Assembly (NCBI GenBank): GCA_030704615.1
Contig: CM060733.1
Coordinates: 15,810,001 to 15,874,000 of the forward strand
Origin: Takakia lepidozioides
Lineage: Eukaryota; Plantae; Bryophyta
Direction: 5' to 3'
DNA: 64,000 bases
Shown here: in pieces, positions 37,123-49,825 of the stretch
How positions within the stretch are numbered: the first letter of the stretch is position 1
Layout: the number at the start of each line of letters is the position of its first letter
Made by a program: the position numbers and the translations under genes
The notes under the pieces: model-generated
The model's database searches: none
Seen by the model: only the letters and a program-made list of their open reading frames with translations
What the model was told of the DNA's origin: nothing

Positions 37123-37774
37123 GACCTAGCACGAGAGAGAGGTAGAGTACCGTATTGTGACCCACTGTAAACTCCGGAGGAGTTACACTCCCAACCCTTG
37201 GAAAAGCTTGAAAAAAAAAAACCCTACAAACGTAAAGCCATATGTCCTCACCCCACAAAAAAACAAAACCCTAAAAACAAAACTATATTGCAGCTAATCC
37301 TAAACTAACTATATTATAACTAACCCTAAACTAAACTATGAAACTAAACCCTAAACTAAACTATGTAACCCTTAAAACCCTAAGAGCCAAAGACCCAAAA
37401 ACCCAAATGATCCTTGCAAAACCCCATAACCCAAAAAACCAAAAAAATAAAATAAAAAATGAGAGGCCTCTTCAACTCACCTTTGCGCCAGATCTGCGAC
37501 TCCCGTGCGACGTCCCCCTGAGGCAGTGACGCCCGTGCGATTCCCCAACGTCGCAGCGGATCCTCCTCCTGCCAAGGTGGCCGCCCTTCTCTCCCCTTCT
37601 CTCTCCCCTTCGCGAAGGCGCCTGATCGCCGCCGAGGTTTTCCGGTGGGGTCTCCACACTGGCGCGCCGCGGCTGCACCGACCGCCTCTCACTCCCCCTC
37701 TCAATCTCTCTATCTGATCTCTCTCTCCCTCACCCTCCTCCTCTCACTTTTCCTCCCTCCCCTCCCTCCATCCC

Positions 37775-38150
37775 CACTAGAAGAGAAACTGGCTTTTTCC
37801 ACGGCTTTTTCCACACTTTTTTCTGTGGAATCAGCCGCAGTCCACACCTGCCGTGGGTGTAAGAAACGACTAGTGCTTTCGGACACCCCGTGGACGGCCT
37901 GGCTCTCGGGTGGCCCTGTGGAAAAGTCCACGGGTGGCTTTTTCCACGGGAGGCTTTTTCCGTGGGTGGCTTTTTTCACGGGGTGCATGGTGACATGGCC
38001 GATGGCATAGCTGACATGGCAGAGGGTGAAAAAGGCCAGTGTGGCATGTTTCACGACGGATTTCACACCTTGAACAAGCCACTATGCGACACATGTCATA
38101 TTTCACACCTTCGACAAGTCACTATGCAACACGTGTTCGTTCCTGTGTGG
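37775..38150 (+). mobile_element. End fragment of another CACTA-like element
   Basis: Starts CACTAGAAGAGAAAC, followed by TTTTTCCACGG/CCGTGG subterminal repeats. Confidence 0.45.
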
Positions 38151-38400
38151 TGGTACGCATTAATTAATTATTAATTGATTTCCAATATTAAGTTTGAATA
38201 TCAATGGATTTAATTAATTTATTATTATTATTATTATTATTATTATAGGAAAAATGGACAGTGGCCTTGATGAGAACATTATTAAATAACAAAATATTGA
38301 AATTCTGTTTTTAAAAATTATATTTATTCGCTCAGATACCAAAACACACCCTTTGCAGGGAATGAGAGTTTGTCTTAGTGTATATGCTGAGTTGCGTCTC

Positions 38401-38978
38401 CCACTCTCTGTAATCTAATAGACATTCACCTTTTTCCCTCGGTTGTCCCACCCTTAACTGGGGTCAGAAAAGCATTCATTCCACGGCTTCTCCTCATCTC
38501 TGTTACATGTTTCTGGATACTTTTCTATTGTCACTTTGGCAAGTATCATGTCAAAATCACTCCAAACTATGTACCATCTACCTATGCAGGTTTCTTGTAG
38601 CTATCCTTCCACAGGGAATCATAAGTAATGTGGAGCTTGAAATCTGGCCCTCTTGGATGACACTCTATCCCTGCTCCTTCAGCTATCCATGCCTCTGCAC
38701 AGATCATGCATACATCCTTGCATTGTTGTTAGCAGCTGACAATGGCAACCTAGATTTGTTCCAGCAAACACCCAACTCAACTTATCACACTAGTTCCTAT
38801 TCTCAATTGCATCTACCACTCTGTAATCCAAAGGCATTTACCTTCCAAGACGGTTGTCCCACCATTGACTGGGGTCAGAAAAGTATTCATTCCACAGCTT
38901 CTGCTCTTTGTTACCTATTTCTGGATACTTTCCTATTGTCACTTTGGCAGTATCATGTCAAAGTCACTCCAAACTATC
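38401..38978. repeat. Diverged direct duplication of ~165 bp
   Basis: 38401-38570 versus 38816-38978. Confidence 0.75.
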
Positions 38979-39179
38979 AAAGGTTCACTCAACCAGCTAA
39001 CTTGCAGAATTCTTAAAACATGAAAATTTAGGGCGATTCTGATAAGAGGGGAAAATAGAGTGAAATGTGTTGAAGAAGGTGCCTTGATTAGCATTGCCTG
39101 ATTTTATCAATTGTGCCGCTGCTGCTGCGGCTTCCAGTTGACCATCTACCCATGCAGGTTTCTTGGAGCTATTTTTCCA

Positions 39180-39930
39180 CAGGGAATCACCCCTTCCCGC
39201 ATCATTGCTCATAGGTCTCCAAAGCCTCCATCCGCGCCCTTGTTGTGCATATCCTGCAATCATCGCACTCCACGGACACCACATCTCGTTTAGCCATACT
39301 GTCGAACACTTCCTTTGCATCCTCGATGCACCCACATTTGGCATACATGTAGTTGCTCATAGGTCTCCAAAGCATTCCTACCACACCCATGTTAAATCCT
39401 GCCAACATTATATTCAAACGTGATCAAAGTTCGTTGAGGCATTCCGTTGAACACTCGGTGTGCATTCATGATGCTCCTACACTTAACATACATGTTCACA
39501 AGGGTGTTGAGGAGAAAAACACTTGGCGTGAATCCACTTTGGATAATGTGAGTGTGCACCTGCTTTCCAGCTTCCAGACTCTTCAATTTGATGCACTTAA
39601 GCAAGAGACAGACATACATATCTGAATCTGCTGAAATGCTCCTTGGTTTAAAGGTTGTAAAGCCTCTTTCAGTCTGCCTGCCTCACAAAGCATCTTCACA
39701 TGCCCAGAAGAGCCAGAAGAGGCATTATGGACTCCCTCTCTTGATCCTCTTTTAGAAGCTGTGGTCATGGTTGAGGTGCCTGATTTAAATCAGGGCTGCC
39801 AGGCCTGCAATGCACACAAACATGATGTGGCCGGGCTGAACCCCTTCCCCCATCATTTGCTCATAGGTCTCCAAAGCCTCCATCCCACGTCCCTGTTGTG
39901 CATACCCTGCAAGCATCGCACTCCACGACA
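39180..39930 (-). pseudogene. Fragmented PLS-class PPR gene
   Basis: MLCEAGRLKEAL, LEAGKQVHTHIIQSG, LNTLVNMYVKC and MYAKCGCIEDAKEVFDSMAKRDVVS motifs. Confidence 0.8.
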
Positions 39931-40929
39931 CCCATGAAATGGTAGGCACATTTCATACGACAGTTAAGAGAACACATGTGTAACCGTGACAATAGCATCC
40001 ACCTACTATTCAGGCCTTAATACTCATTGACCGCACCCAAGGGGAGAACATCATGTGTCCCACCCGAGGAGAGAACCTCAGCCAGGATGGATTAACGGCC
40101 CTACTTTGTTTTTTTGCTCTTGAGCTCTCCCGGGCGCAACTACCCCCGCGCGCCGGAGCGTTTTCCGGCGGCGGTGATGCAACACTAACGCGCCACGGCG
40201 TTCAAACCCGCACGCGCCCTCTCTCTCACTCTCCCTCTTGCCCTAATCCTCTCCCTCACTGTCTCTCTCCCTCTTCTATGTCGTTTTGTTTTTTTTTGCT
40301 GTTTGAGCGAGTTGGGAGCGCGCCCCCGTGACCTGCTGGTGGAGCGCCAGCCGAACGCCAGCGCCGTGGGGGGACCGCCAGCGTGAAGGAGCTACCGCGT
40401 GAGGGAGCTGCCCTCCCTCTCCTTCTCTCTCTCTCATTCTCCCTCTTAGCTCTCACTCTCCCTCTCGCCCTTATCTCTCTCCCTCATTCTCTCCCTCGCT
40501 CTCTCTCTCCCTCTTCTCCATTTTTTTTTTTTTTTGTTGTTGTTTGAGCGAGGGAGTGTGCCCACGCGACCTGGTGGCGGAGCGCCAGCGTGAAGGAGCT
40601 GCTGCGTGAGGCGCCCAACTGCAGGTAAGCAGCCATGCATTAATGATCTTCATAGTGAGAGTTTGGGTTCCACGGAGTAGACAGTGGAATCCCCACGGAT
40701 CTCATAGTATATAGGACAATAGAAGAAGTGTTCTTCAGTTTCAATTTCATGGAGAGAGAGGGAGAGAGAGAAGATATACATGTCATGTCAAGACATGGAC
40801 AAGACCACTAAGGTCATTGTCATTGAAAGACAAAGCAGCCCTTTACAGGGCACCATCTAACAACCACTTCCATGTTTACCATCTCATTTGAATATCCCAT
40901 TACATTTCAGGGTATCTGAAAAAACAGGG

Positions 40930-42050
40930 TGGGAGGGTGGGATTCTTGGTCAATCATATTATGAAAGCACCATAGTTTGACATACAATGATCACCACCAT
41001 ACTTGCCAATTGTAACATCATTTCAAAAACCAGATTGCAGGTCTGGAGATAAATCTCGAGAGCCAAGCACATAGTACTTTAAATTGCAATTGAAACAGCA
41101 AGCCATACATGTCTTAAGCATTTGCCTGTTGACATAATGATTCCTCATTTTTTGTTGACATGGGTCAAGCCTTACATAATCCAGTTCTTGAGCCATTCAT
41201 CTTCCTAAAAAGGCATCCTGTGTTGGCTTGAAACCGATCTACTAGTGCCAAGACACATGCAAGATTCATAAAGTAGAAACGGGGCTGAGTTTTATCAGGC
41301 ATATGCAGGCCTGGATTGGTATTCCGGGGCCTCATAAATAGCTCTGCCAGGGTAAAAAATAAATAACTCAGAATTCCAGGTCAATCATATCATGAAAGCA
41401 CCATGGTTTAATAAAAAATTCCCCTATACTTGCAGATTGTACCTTCATTTCAAAAACCAGATTGCAGGTCTGGAGATAATCTCCAGAACCAAAGCCCTTC
41501 AAGCAACAACAGTGTCTTTCTTGCTTAGTTTTATCTAAGTAAGAATATCTCTACACCTAGCAAGGTGTATCATGACCAGGTTTAGGCCATGAAAAAATAT
41601 TTAAAACTGTCATGCTAGGCTACTTGTTGGACCATAAAGGTTACTGTTTTAGAATCCAGTTTTTGAATAAGTCGCCTTCCTAAAAAAACAGCCAGCCTGA
41701 AGGTATCATAGCATTGCAAATGAATGAGCAAGCATTACATGCAATGACATGGCTTATTTGAGTCTTTGTAAGGAGCTGCAGGTCTGGAATGGAATCCAGG
41801 ACTTCATGATCAAAACTCTGCCAGGGTAGAAGGTAAGAAGCACACAACACCTACCAGCAAGCAGGTCTTGAAAATCAAAATTATGATGGGGCCAGGTCTG
41901 AAGATGCTTCAGTGCCAAGTCATAGGCAAGACTTCTAACAACACAAAACACAGGGCTGAGTACCCTCAAGCAGATATGGGCCTGGAGTGGAATTCTAGGG
42001 CCTCATAAAAAGCTCTACCAGTTAAAGAAAGGAACTCAGAAACCCCTGTC
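40930..42050. repeat. Degenerate repeat region (~430-bp period)
   Basis: TTTCAAAAACCAGATTGCAGGTCTGGAGATA near 41020 and 41450, and recurring CTCTGCCAGGGTA. Confidence 0.55.
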
Positions 42051-42356
42051 CCCTATCATGCAATGAAATCACGGTGATATGAGAGCCTTGAAGAATGTTT
42101 GTTATCAAACAAGGTCTATCTTCTGATCCATCAAAGCTAGGCCATGATGTTTCATTTCAGAGCCTAGTTTCTATGCAGCCAGAGTTATAGCTGCAGCCCT
42201 ATACCTTTGTTGAAAACAGCCAGAGCCTTCAGTAGAGATTTTGTTTTCTATGAAGTCCCTTGTGTGTCTTAACTCCAAAACATGTAGAAGTGGTCATCAA
42301 GAACCAAAAACAAGGGTAAGGAGTAAGAAGTCGATCCTCATTAGAGCAGACTTGAA

Positions 42357-45300
42357 GAGGTTACCTATTTCACGAGCATGAGCGGCATGAGCGGCATGAG
42401 CGGAGTAACAAGACAATCGGTTTTCATGAGCAGAAGTACAGATTTCGAAAATAAAAAACATTATAAAACATTAATTTAATGCAATGTGTAAAAAAAAACA
42501 AATATATTATTCGACACCTTGAAGGGAAAATTGTAGTTTTGAGAGTTGTGCTCATGATATTTCGTCTTCCGCTCATGCCAATTCCCAGCGACATGTGCAA
42601 AAATGGCGCCGAATTTCGAGGTAATAGGGTCCGTAACCGGAAAAATCCGCGACGTATTTCGCGGTAATAGGTCTCTCTGGCGAAAAATGGTGCCGAATTC
42701 CGCGGCTATCGGTCCCCTCATGACAGATGTGTAAGCCCAAAATTTGGAAATGTGGCGTCGAATTTTGGTACATGGTGTGCCGGGGATTGCACAGATGTTG
42801 GGCAGTTCTGGGTCATGTAACTGGAAATTCGGCGCCATTTTTCCAGACACATCCAGACCAGTGCATGTTGGGACTCAGCTAGTTTTCGGCCCAAAATAGA
42901 GAAATTCGGCGCCATTTTTCCAGAAATGGCCCCACAACTGCTTCTGTTGGATCTCAGTTTGAATGGAATATTGCCTCATTCCAGGAGTTTTGGGGTGCAT
43001 TTCATTACACTGCAAAAAAAAGTCTGATACATGAAAATGCAATTGAAAATATCCATATGGAGGATTCCCTTTGCCCCATCAATGATTTCTGGAATCCCTA
43101 AGGAGGAGTTTGTGCAGCTCGTTCACGCTCAACGCATCGGCTGTTGGCCTCTTCGAAGCAATGGCGTGTCCCGAAGGCCCTCTCGCAAGGCCGCCCGAGG
43201 AGGGAACTCAAAGAAGATATTACCGTCGACGTCTGCGGGAAGGCATGTAACCGATTTAATTGCGAACTTGCTGTAGTCCAGCCCGGCCAGCTCCGAGCGG
43301 TGTCCCTCCATGTGAAGCCCTCGCAGAATTTCAAGAATGGATCGAACTGCGGTGCTCGTGCTGGGAATATGACTCCCTCGTCCACTGACGTCCATTGAGG
43401 ACTTGCCTGATCTCCAGGACGATCTCGGAACTTCCATGACCTCGTCTGAGTCGGACAGGTTGTGAACAACCCGGTTCTTGCTCGTCTTCATTGATGGGTT
43501 TGGCTCTGGATTTACTTCGTTGCGGACTTCTCTCTTTGAGGTACCCACACTCTGATTCGCGGATTGTTTCGTGGAAGGCGCCAGGATAGAAGGTGCATTT
43601 GGCGGGCATATGAAGTCCCCAACAGCCCTGTATATGACGCTATCCGATGGTGGAACTCGTCATTCCCTGCCATCGCCGAAATCATCGTGGAGGTCAACAA
43701 TACTCTCGACAACAACGCCGTTTGAGTCCTTCTTTTCCTCCTCCAAAAAAACCGACCCCGGTTTCAGGTGGTATCGAACGCACAGATATTTCTCCATCAC
43801 ACGGCATATGTCCCTCTGCACGGAAATGAAGCTCTATGCTCGTGAGGAGGGCAGTACACTGTAGCGCTCGGGTTTCCGCCATGGGAGATGTGCACACAAG
43901 ACAGCCAGGATGGCGTGCGGGCAAGCTCCCTGGTAGAAGGGGGATGCAGCGATGGGAAGGAATGCGGTGCCTATTTGTCCATGCGACAAAGCCTGATCCA
44001 AATCCAGGGAGCCAACTATCTCAAAAATCCACAATCAGAGTGTTAATGAACCTTGTCTCCGGAATGCGGCCCCTAGTCTTTGCGCAATAACTGCCAACGG
44101 TATGCAGTCAGAAAGTGGGGGGCCGTCCGGATGATGTCGGCTGAAGGGGAGAAGCCGGCACCGGGCCGTCACATTACTACCCCCGGATGGAAATTCGGCA
44201 CCGAATATCCAACAGGGGCCGCCGGTTGAAGTCGCCTCGGGCAGAGAGGTCGGCACCTGTCCGACAGAGAACATCCCCCGGATGGAAATTCAGAGCCGAA
44301 TTTCCATCCGGGCCCCCCAAAGGAAGTCCTGTCGGGGGGTCAGGCCGAAAACTGGCCGACATAAAAACCTCCCCGGATGGAAAAACGGCACCGAATTTTC
44401 ATCCGGGGCCGTTCGGATGTAGTCGGCCCGGGGGGAGAGGCCGGCACCTGGCCGTCACATTACAACCCCCGGACGGAAAATTGGCACCGAATATCCAACA
44501 GGGGACGCCCGGATGAAGTCACCTCGGGCGGAGAGGCCGGCACCTGTCCGACAGAGAGCATCCCCCAGATGGAAATTCGGCGCCGAATTTCCGTCCGGTC
44601 CCCCCCAAAGGAAGTCTTGTCGGGGGGTCAGGCCGAAAACTGGCCGACATAAAAACCTCCCCGAATGGAAAAAACAGCGCCGAATTTCCATCCGGGGCCG
44701 TTCGGATGCAGTCGGCTCGGGGGGAGAGGTCGGCACCTGGCCGTCACATTACAACCCTCGGACGGAAAATTTGGCACCAAATATCCAACAGGGGACGCCG
44801 GATGAAGTCGCTCGGGCGGAGAGACCGGCACCTGTCCGACAGAGAGCATCTCCCGGATGGAAATTCGGCGCCGAATTTCCATCTGGGCCCCCACAAAAGA
44901 AGTCTTGTCGGGGGGTCAGGCCGAAAAATGGCCGACATAAAAACCTCCCCGGATGGAAAAACGGCGCCGAATTTCCATCCGGGGCTGTTCGGATGCAGTC
45001 GGCTCGGGGGGAGAGGGCGGCACCTGGCCGTCAAATTACAACCCCCGGACGGAAATTCGGCACCGAATTTCCAACAGAGGACGCCCGGATGAAGTCGCTT
45101 CGGGCGGAGAGGCCGGCACCTGTCCGACAAAGAGCATCCCCCGAATGGAAATTCGGCGCCGAATTTCCATTTTTCCAGTTCGGGGCCGAAAATGGCTAAG
45201 TCCCTGATCTGACTGGCACCAAAATCGGAAATTCGGCGCCATTTTTCCAGTTCCGGGCCCAGTCAGATCTGGGACTTAGCCATTTTCGGCCCCGAAATGG

Positions 45301-46281
45301 AAAAATGGCGCCATTTTTCCAGTTCAAGGCCCCGAAAATGGCTAAGTCCCTAGGGTGGCTGGAACCGCAACCGGAAATTCGGCGCCATTTTTCTAGTTCC
45401 GCGCCCAGTCAGTTCTGGGACTTAGCCATTTTCGGGCCCAACCTAGGAAAATGGTGCAGAAAATGGTTTACGAGTGAGTGGTCGCATTGTAAGTTGCCTC
45501 CTGATTTTGTGAGGCACCTCCCCTCGCTCTTTCATTTCATTGAAAGACCGTTTCTGCTTCTGCTGGTATTGACATTCTTCAAGTGGATTTGTTCTTACTG
45601 TAGGATGCCAAGTACTGTAGGAGGGGCGTCTACACCGCAGTTAATGGGCAGGACGAACGTGCATTTTTTTGCCAGGGGGGATTTCATGCCTAGTCCAGAA
45701 AGGGACGACATCCTTCCTACTTATGTTGCCCGGCTTGCTTCGGTGTCCATTAGGAGGTGTTCCGAACCTAGTCGTGTACAACAGATTTTAGACGAGGCAA
45801 GCCTCAAGAAAATGAAGATGAGGGAGGAGGCAGCAGCTATTAGAGCCCGTCAGGCTCGTAGATTTGTCTTGGATTCAGCCGAGGAAAGTGGGGGAGAAGA
45901 TGCAGAAGATTCCCAGGAGGTGAGGTGGACAGTCCCCCAAGAGGACGGGATTTTTGAGAGGCATAGTGGAACTGGTGCATCACAGAGCTCGGAGGATGAG
46001 GGGGATGAGGGGGATGAGGAAGAAGGTGGGGCAAGTTCCTCGGAGGGTGTAGGAGAGTAGTGCCCATTCCGGCTATGACAGTTAGAACACACTTGTATAG
46101 ACGTGGCTTGCCACAAAATTTGCAATAAAATGTTGCATTTCAAGTCCACTGGTGCCACATTCCAACTTCACATGACCCTATTTTCGTGCCTCCTAACCCT
46201 ATTTCCGTGGACACACAATGGTCTGCTCATGCTTTTTTTTTTTCCGCTCATGCTCATGCCGCTCATGAAATAGCAGCCCCC
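42357..46281 (-). mobile_element. MULE-like element, copy 2 (3925 bp, both termini present)
   Basis: Imperfect TIRs GAGGTTACCTATTTCA / TGAAATAGCAGCCCCC. Target duplication GACTTGAA at 42349-42356 and 46282-46289 (9 bp if the next G is counted). It carries the 288-bp and short palindrome arrays. Confidence 0.88.
45452..46060 (+). CDS. Putative accessory gene of the MULE-like element (acidic C-terminus), divergent from the transposase
   Basis: Open frame to 46060. A candidate GTGAGT...CTGTAG intron at 45474-45603 joins MVQKMVYE in frame to MPSTVGG...; the same signals are present in copy 1. Confidence 0.45.
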   Translation, partial: WCRKWFTSEWSHCKLPPDFVRHLPSLFHFIERPFLLLLVLTFFKWICSYCRMPSTVGGASTPQLMGRTNVHFFARGDFMPSPERDDILPTYVARLASVSIRRCSEPSRVQQILDEASLKKMKMREEAAAIRARQARRFVLDSAEESGGEDAEDSQEVRWTVPQEDGIFERHSGTGASQSSEDEGDEGDEEEGGASSSEGVGE

Positions 46282-47262
46282 GACTTGAAGCCGTTTTGAT
46301 GCAGCAAGGTGGCAGATTTGAAATAGCAACTGGCATCAGCAGCTTCAGGCGGTAGCAGCAATCCCTTATGCAAGAATCAGACTCTGCAAGCTTCAAGAAT
46401 TCAAGACAAGTGAAGACCCTCACCTGTGCCCGTCCCAAAAACCACCACATAGCGATGTGTGTTAGTGAGGATGCAGCAGGTGAGTGACAGGTCTTCACAG
46501 TTGCTATCCATGTCAGTGTTGAATTCTAAAGCATATACAGATCACAATTCAACCAAGGGTAAACTCAAAAAACCTTGAGTGTTTGTGGTATGCCCTGCGC
46601 CATGGCGTCCAACAGATCGTCTCCAACAGAACGCAATCAAAGTAGAAGCGTTTACAGATAGAGAATGGCTCATACAAAAAGAGAGCAACATGTGATCTGT
46701 AGATAACGAGGAGTAAAAGCGCCGCTGCAAAATAAAGAACCATGAGTTTCTGAGCAAAGCGATCATCGCTTTGTCGTCTACCAGAGAGGAATCTGCCCAA
46801 CCGCCAATGCGCATCCCAAGAGCCAGCCATCACGAGTACCATGTAGCAGTAGGAGAGCAGGTTTACACGGCGCATCATCAAGGTTCACTGAAGCACGAGT
46901 TCACTGCTGTGAAATGTGTCGGTCTGCTTAGGGCACAACTTCCCGATTTCTAATCCAGGCACATTTTATCAAGAGAAGCACTTTGTCAATGGATGACATC
47001 CAATAAAAAGGTATCTTTTAGGGTTATGGTATAGGCTTAGGTTTAATAACTGCCATCATTTATGATGGTAGTTTTATTATCTCTTGGATTTTAAAATATG
47101 TAACCATTATTCATGTAGTTCATCCAGTTTAGATGAAAGAAATAGATGGTAAACCAAGCTTTCTGTACATTAAGTTTCATCATCCTATAATAATATCATC
47201 CAGATTTGGATGAAAAACTAAATAACCTCAAAAGGTTAAGGCCAGATGAAATCCAAAGAGTT

Positions 47263-48440
47263 ATAGAGGGAGAGGGAGAGAGAGACAGAGAAATGAGGAA
47301 AAAAAAAAAAAATTTTGGGGGGGGGGGGAGTGACTGAGCAGCTGCTACTCAGATGCCGATGCTGCTCAGTCACTCCCCCCCCCCACCTTCTTTTTTAGTT
47401 TTTTTTTCCCTCCTCACTCCCTCTTTCTCCCTCTCTCCCTCTCTCTCCACATCTTCATGGGACTGAGGGAGAGATGAGGGAAAAGAGAGCTATTGCTCAG
47501 TCACTCCCCCCCTCTCCACCTGTTTTTTTTTTTGTTTTTTCCGTCATCACTCCCTCTCTCCCTCTCTCTCCACATCCTGATGGGACAGAGGGAGAGATGC
47601 GGGAAAAGAGGGAGAGAGAGGGACAGAAGGAGAGAGGAACTGTTGAGGGGGGAAAAACAAAAACAAAAGGTGGGGCGGTGGGGGAGTGACTGAGCAGCAG
47701 CAGCTGCTCAGTCACTCTCCACCCCCCCCCACCTTTTTTTTTTTTTTTTTTTCCCCCTCAACAGTCTCTCTCTCTCTCCACATCTTCATGGGACAGAGGG
47801 AGAGATGAGGGAAAAGAGGGAGAGAAAGGGACAGAGGCAGAGAGGGACAGATGGACAGAGGGAGATGAAAAAAAAAAAAAATGGTGGGGGGGGGGGAATG
47901 ATTGAGCAGCTGTTCCCTCTCTCTCCCTCTCTCCCTCTCTTTCCACATCGTGATGGGACACAGGGAGAGCGAGGGAGAGAGGCAGCGAGGGAGAGAGAGG
48001 GACTGTTGAGGGGGGGGGGGAAAAAAAAAAAAAAAAAGGTGCGGGGGGCAGCTGCTCCAGTCACTTCCCCACCCCCCCACCGTTTTTTTTTTTTTTTTCC
48101 CCTCAACAGTCCCTCTCTCTCCACATCCTGATGGGACAGAGGGAGACAGAGGGACAGAGGGAAAGAGAGGGAGAGAGGGAGAGAGTGGGAGAGATGAGGG
48201 AAGAAAAATAAAAAAGAAGGTTGGTGGGGATGAGTGACTCATCAGCTGCTGCTGCTTAGTCACTCCCCCCCCCACACCTTTTCGTTTTTTGTTTGTGGAA
48301 TGGTGGGGGGGTGCTGAAAGCAGCTTGCTGCTGCTAGTCTTAGCCCCCTTCCCCCCCCCGACCTTTCATTTTTTGGTTTTTGGCAATGGTGGGGGGCGCT
48401 GACTCAGTCCCCCCCACCTTTTTTTCTTTTATTTTTGGAA
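47263..48440. repeat. Foldback region of alternating GA-rich and CT-rich arms with GAGTGACTGAGCAG/CTGCTCAGTCACTC hairpins
   Basis: For example a hairpin at 47684-47717, with mirrored poly-G/poly-C and poly-A/poly-T tracts. Confidence 0.8.
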
Positions 48441-49825
48441 TGGTGGGAGGTGTTTTAATGGTCGAACTCTAATTGGAATCCGCTCGGGCATACAATGTGT
48501 TCCCACCATGTCTGGAAGTTTAAACCGTACAACTTGCTGTAAGGTCTTAATGGCAAAATTGGTGAACACCCTGAACTCCTTGTCCGTATAGGTGAGTGGT
48601 GTGCCAATGACTTGGGAACAGTGCAAGTATTTCCATGCCTCATGTCCTTTAAAGAAAATATTGTCAGGGCCAAATTTCTGTGTTGACAAATTGTTCCAGG
48701 CCGAATGAAACCATGAACGAATTTGTGAATCCTTTTGCATCATAACTTTTGCCTCATATAGGTACATATGAGGTGGCACTGAAGGTAAGACCCAATGATC
48801 CCCACTAGAATAACTCAGAAAACGCGATTGCATCTTCTGCTGCTCAATGTGATAACGCGCCAGAAAACAAGCAGCATAGTATAACCCGCAGCCCATGACA
48901 ATACTTGCTACCTCCTTGGTCTTGGTATAAATGAATCCATGTACAACTTGGAAGGCAATTAATTCCTTCAACATGGTACTTGCCTCATGCCAGTATCTCG
49001 CAAAGTGATGATCCTCAATGGGTCGATTGTTCGGAAGAACCTTAGTCTTAGTTGCCACTGGCAGCCAAATGCGCATGATCTGGTAGTAATGTGCCAACGA
49101 CTGTGGAGGACTAAATTCCTTCCAAGCCAAATCCAACACAATTGGAATTTGGTTGAAGGGCATAATCATAGCCCGACTGTACTCCCGTGCAGCATGAGTT
49201 TTAGGTGGGTTAAAAGCAGCATCCCCCCATACCTCAGGCTGTGGCGGCTGTGGTGTGGCTGTAGTAACAACAGGGTCAGCTACTGGCATAGTCACTTGTT
49301 GTGGTATTGGTAGCACTGGCTCTTGTACCACTGGCATCTCCTGCACCCCTTGCGAAGAAGACTGAAAAACTAAAGTTCTGGCTTGTAAGTAAGAAGCCAT
49401 CAGCTGCTTCTCAGGTACAAAGGCTCTCTTGTCAATATTACCATCCTCGGTTCCTCTTCAATTCCCACATTCAGTTCCCTCACCTGCTCATCAGCTGTGA
49501 TTGTCCAACCAGTCACCACTTCATCCTGTAAACTCACAGTGGCTGGTTCTTCTAAGATTTCCATTTCTCCTTCTCTTTCTTCATAGAAATGTGATGGGTA
49601 ACTGCTGGTTTCCTCTTCAATTGGTGTTGCTAACACTACACCACAGCAGATACCTCTTAAACAACTTAGGCCTTCCAGCCGCATCTCTGCAACCTGCTCC
49701 CACTCTGGGTGTGCAGCGAACAGGGTAGCTTCCTGCTCCTCATCCAGTCCTCCCCTCCAGTCATACTCTCTGACCCCTCGAGGTCTTCTTGTAGCAGGTA
49801 ATCTACTAGATTTCTTAGTGGTAAT

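Larger units (their letters stand above)
29900..37774 (-). mobile_element. CACTA/EnSpm DNA transposon abutting, probably inserted into, the second Gypsy element
   Basis: Left end TACTACTACATTTAGGGG (CACTA with C>T), GCGAC/GTCGC subterminal repeats at 29920-30320 and 37490-37560, and a full transposase domain set. The right TIR was not found. Confidence 0.8.

Noticed and set aside
37220-37390. Interstitial telomere
   Set aside because: The AAACCCTA motifs are scattered among AAACT repeats, not a tandem TTTAGGG array.
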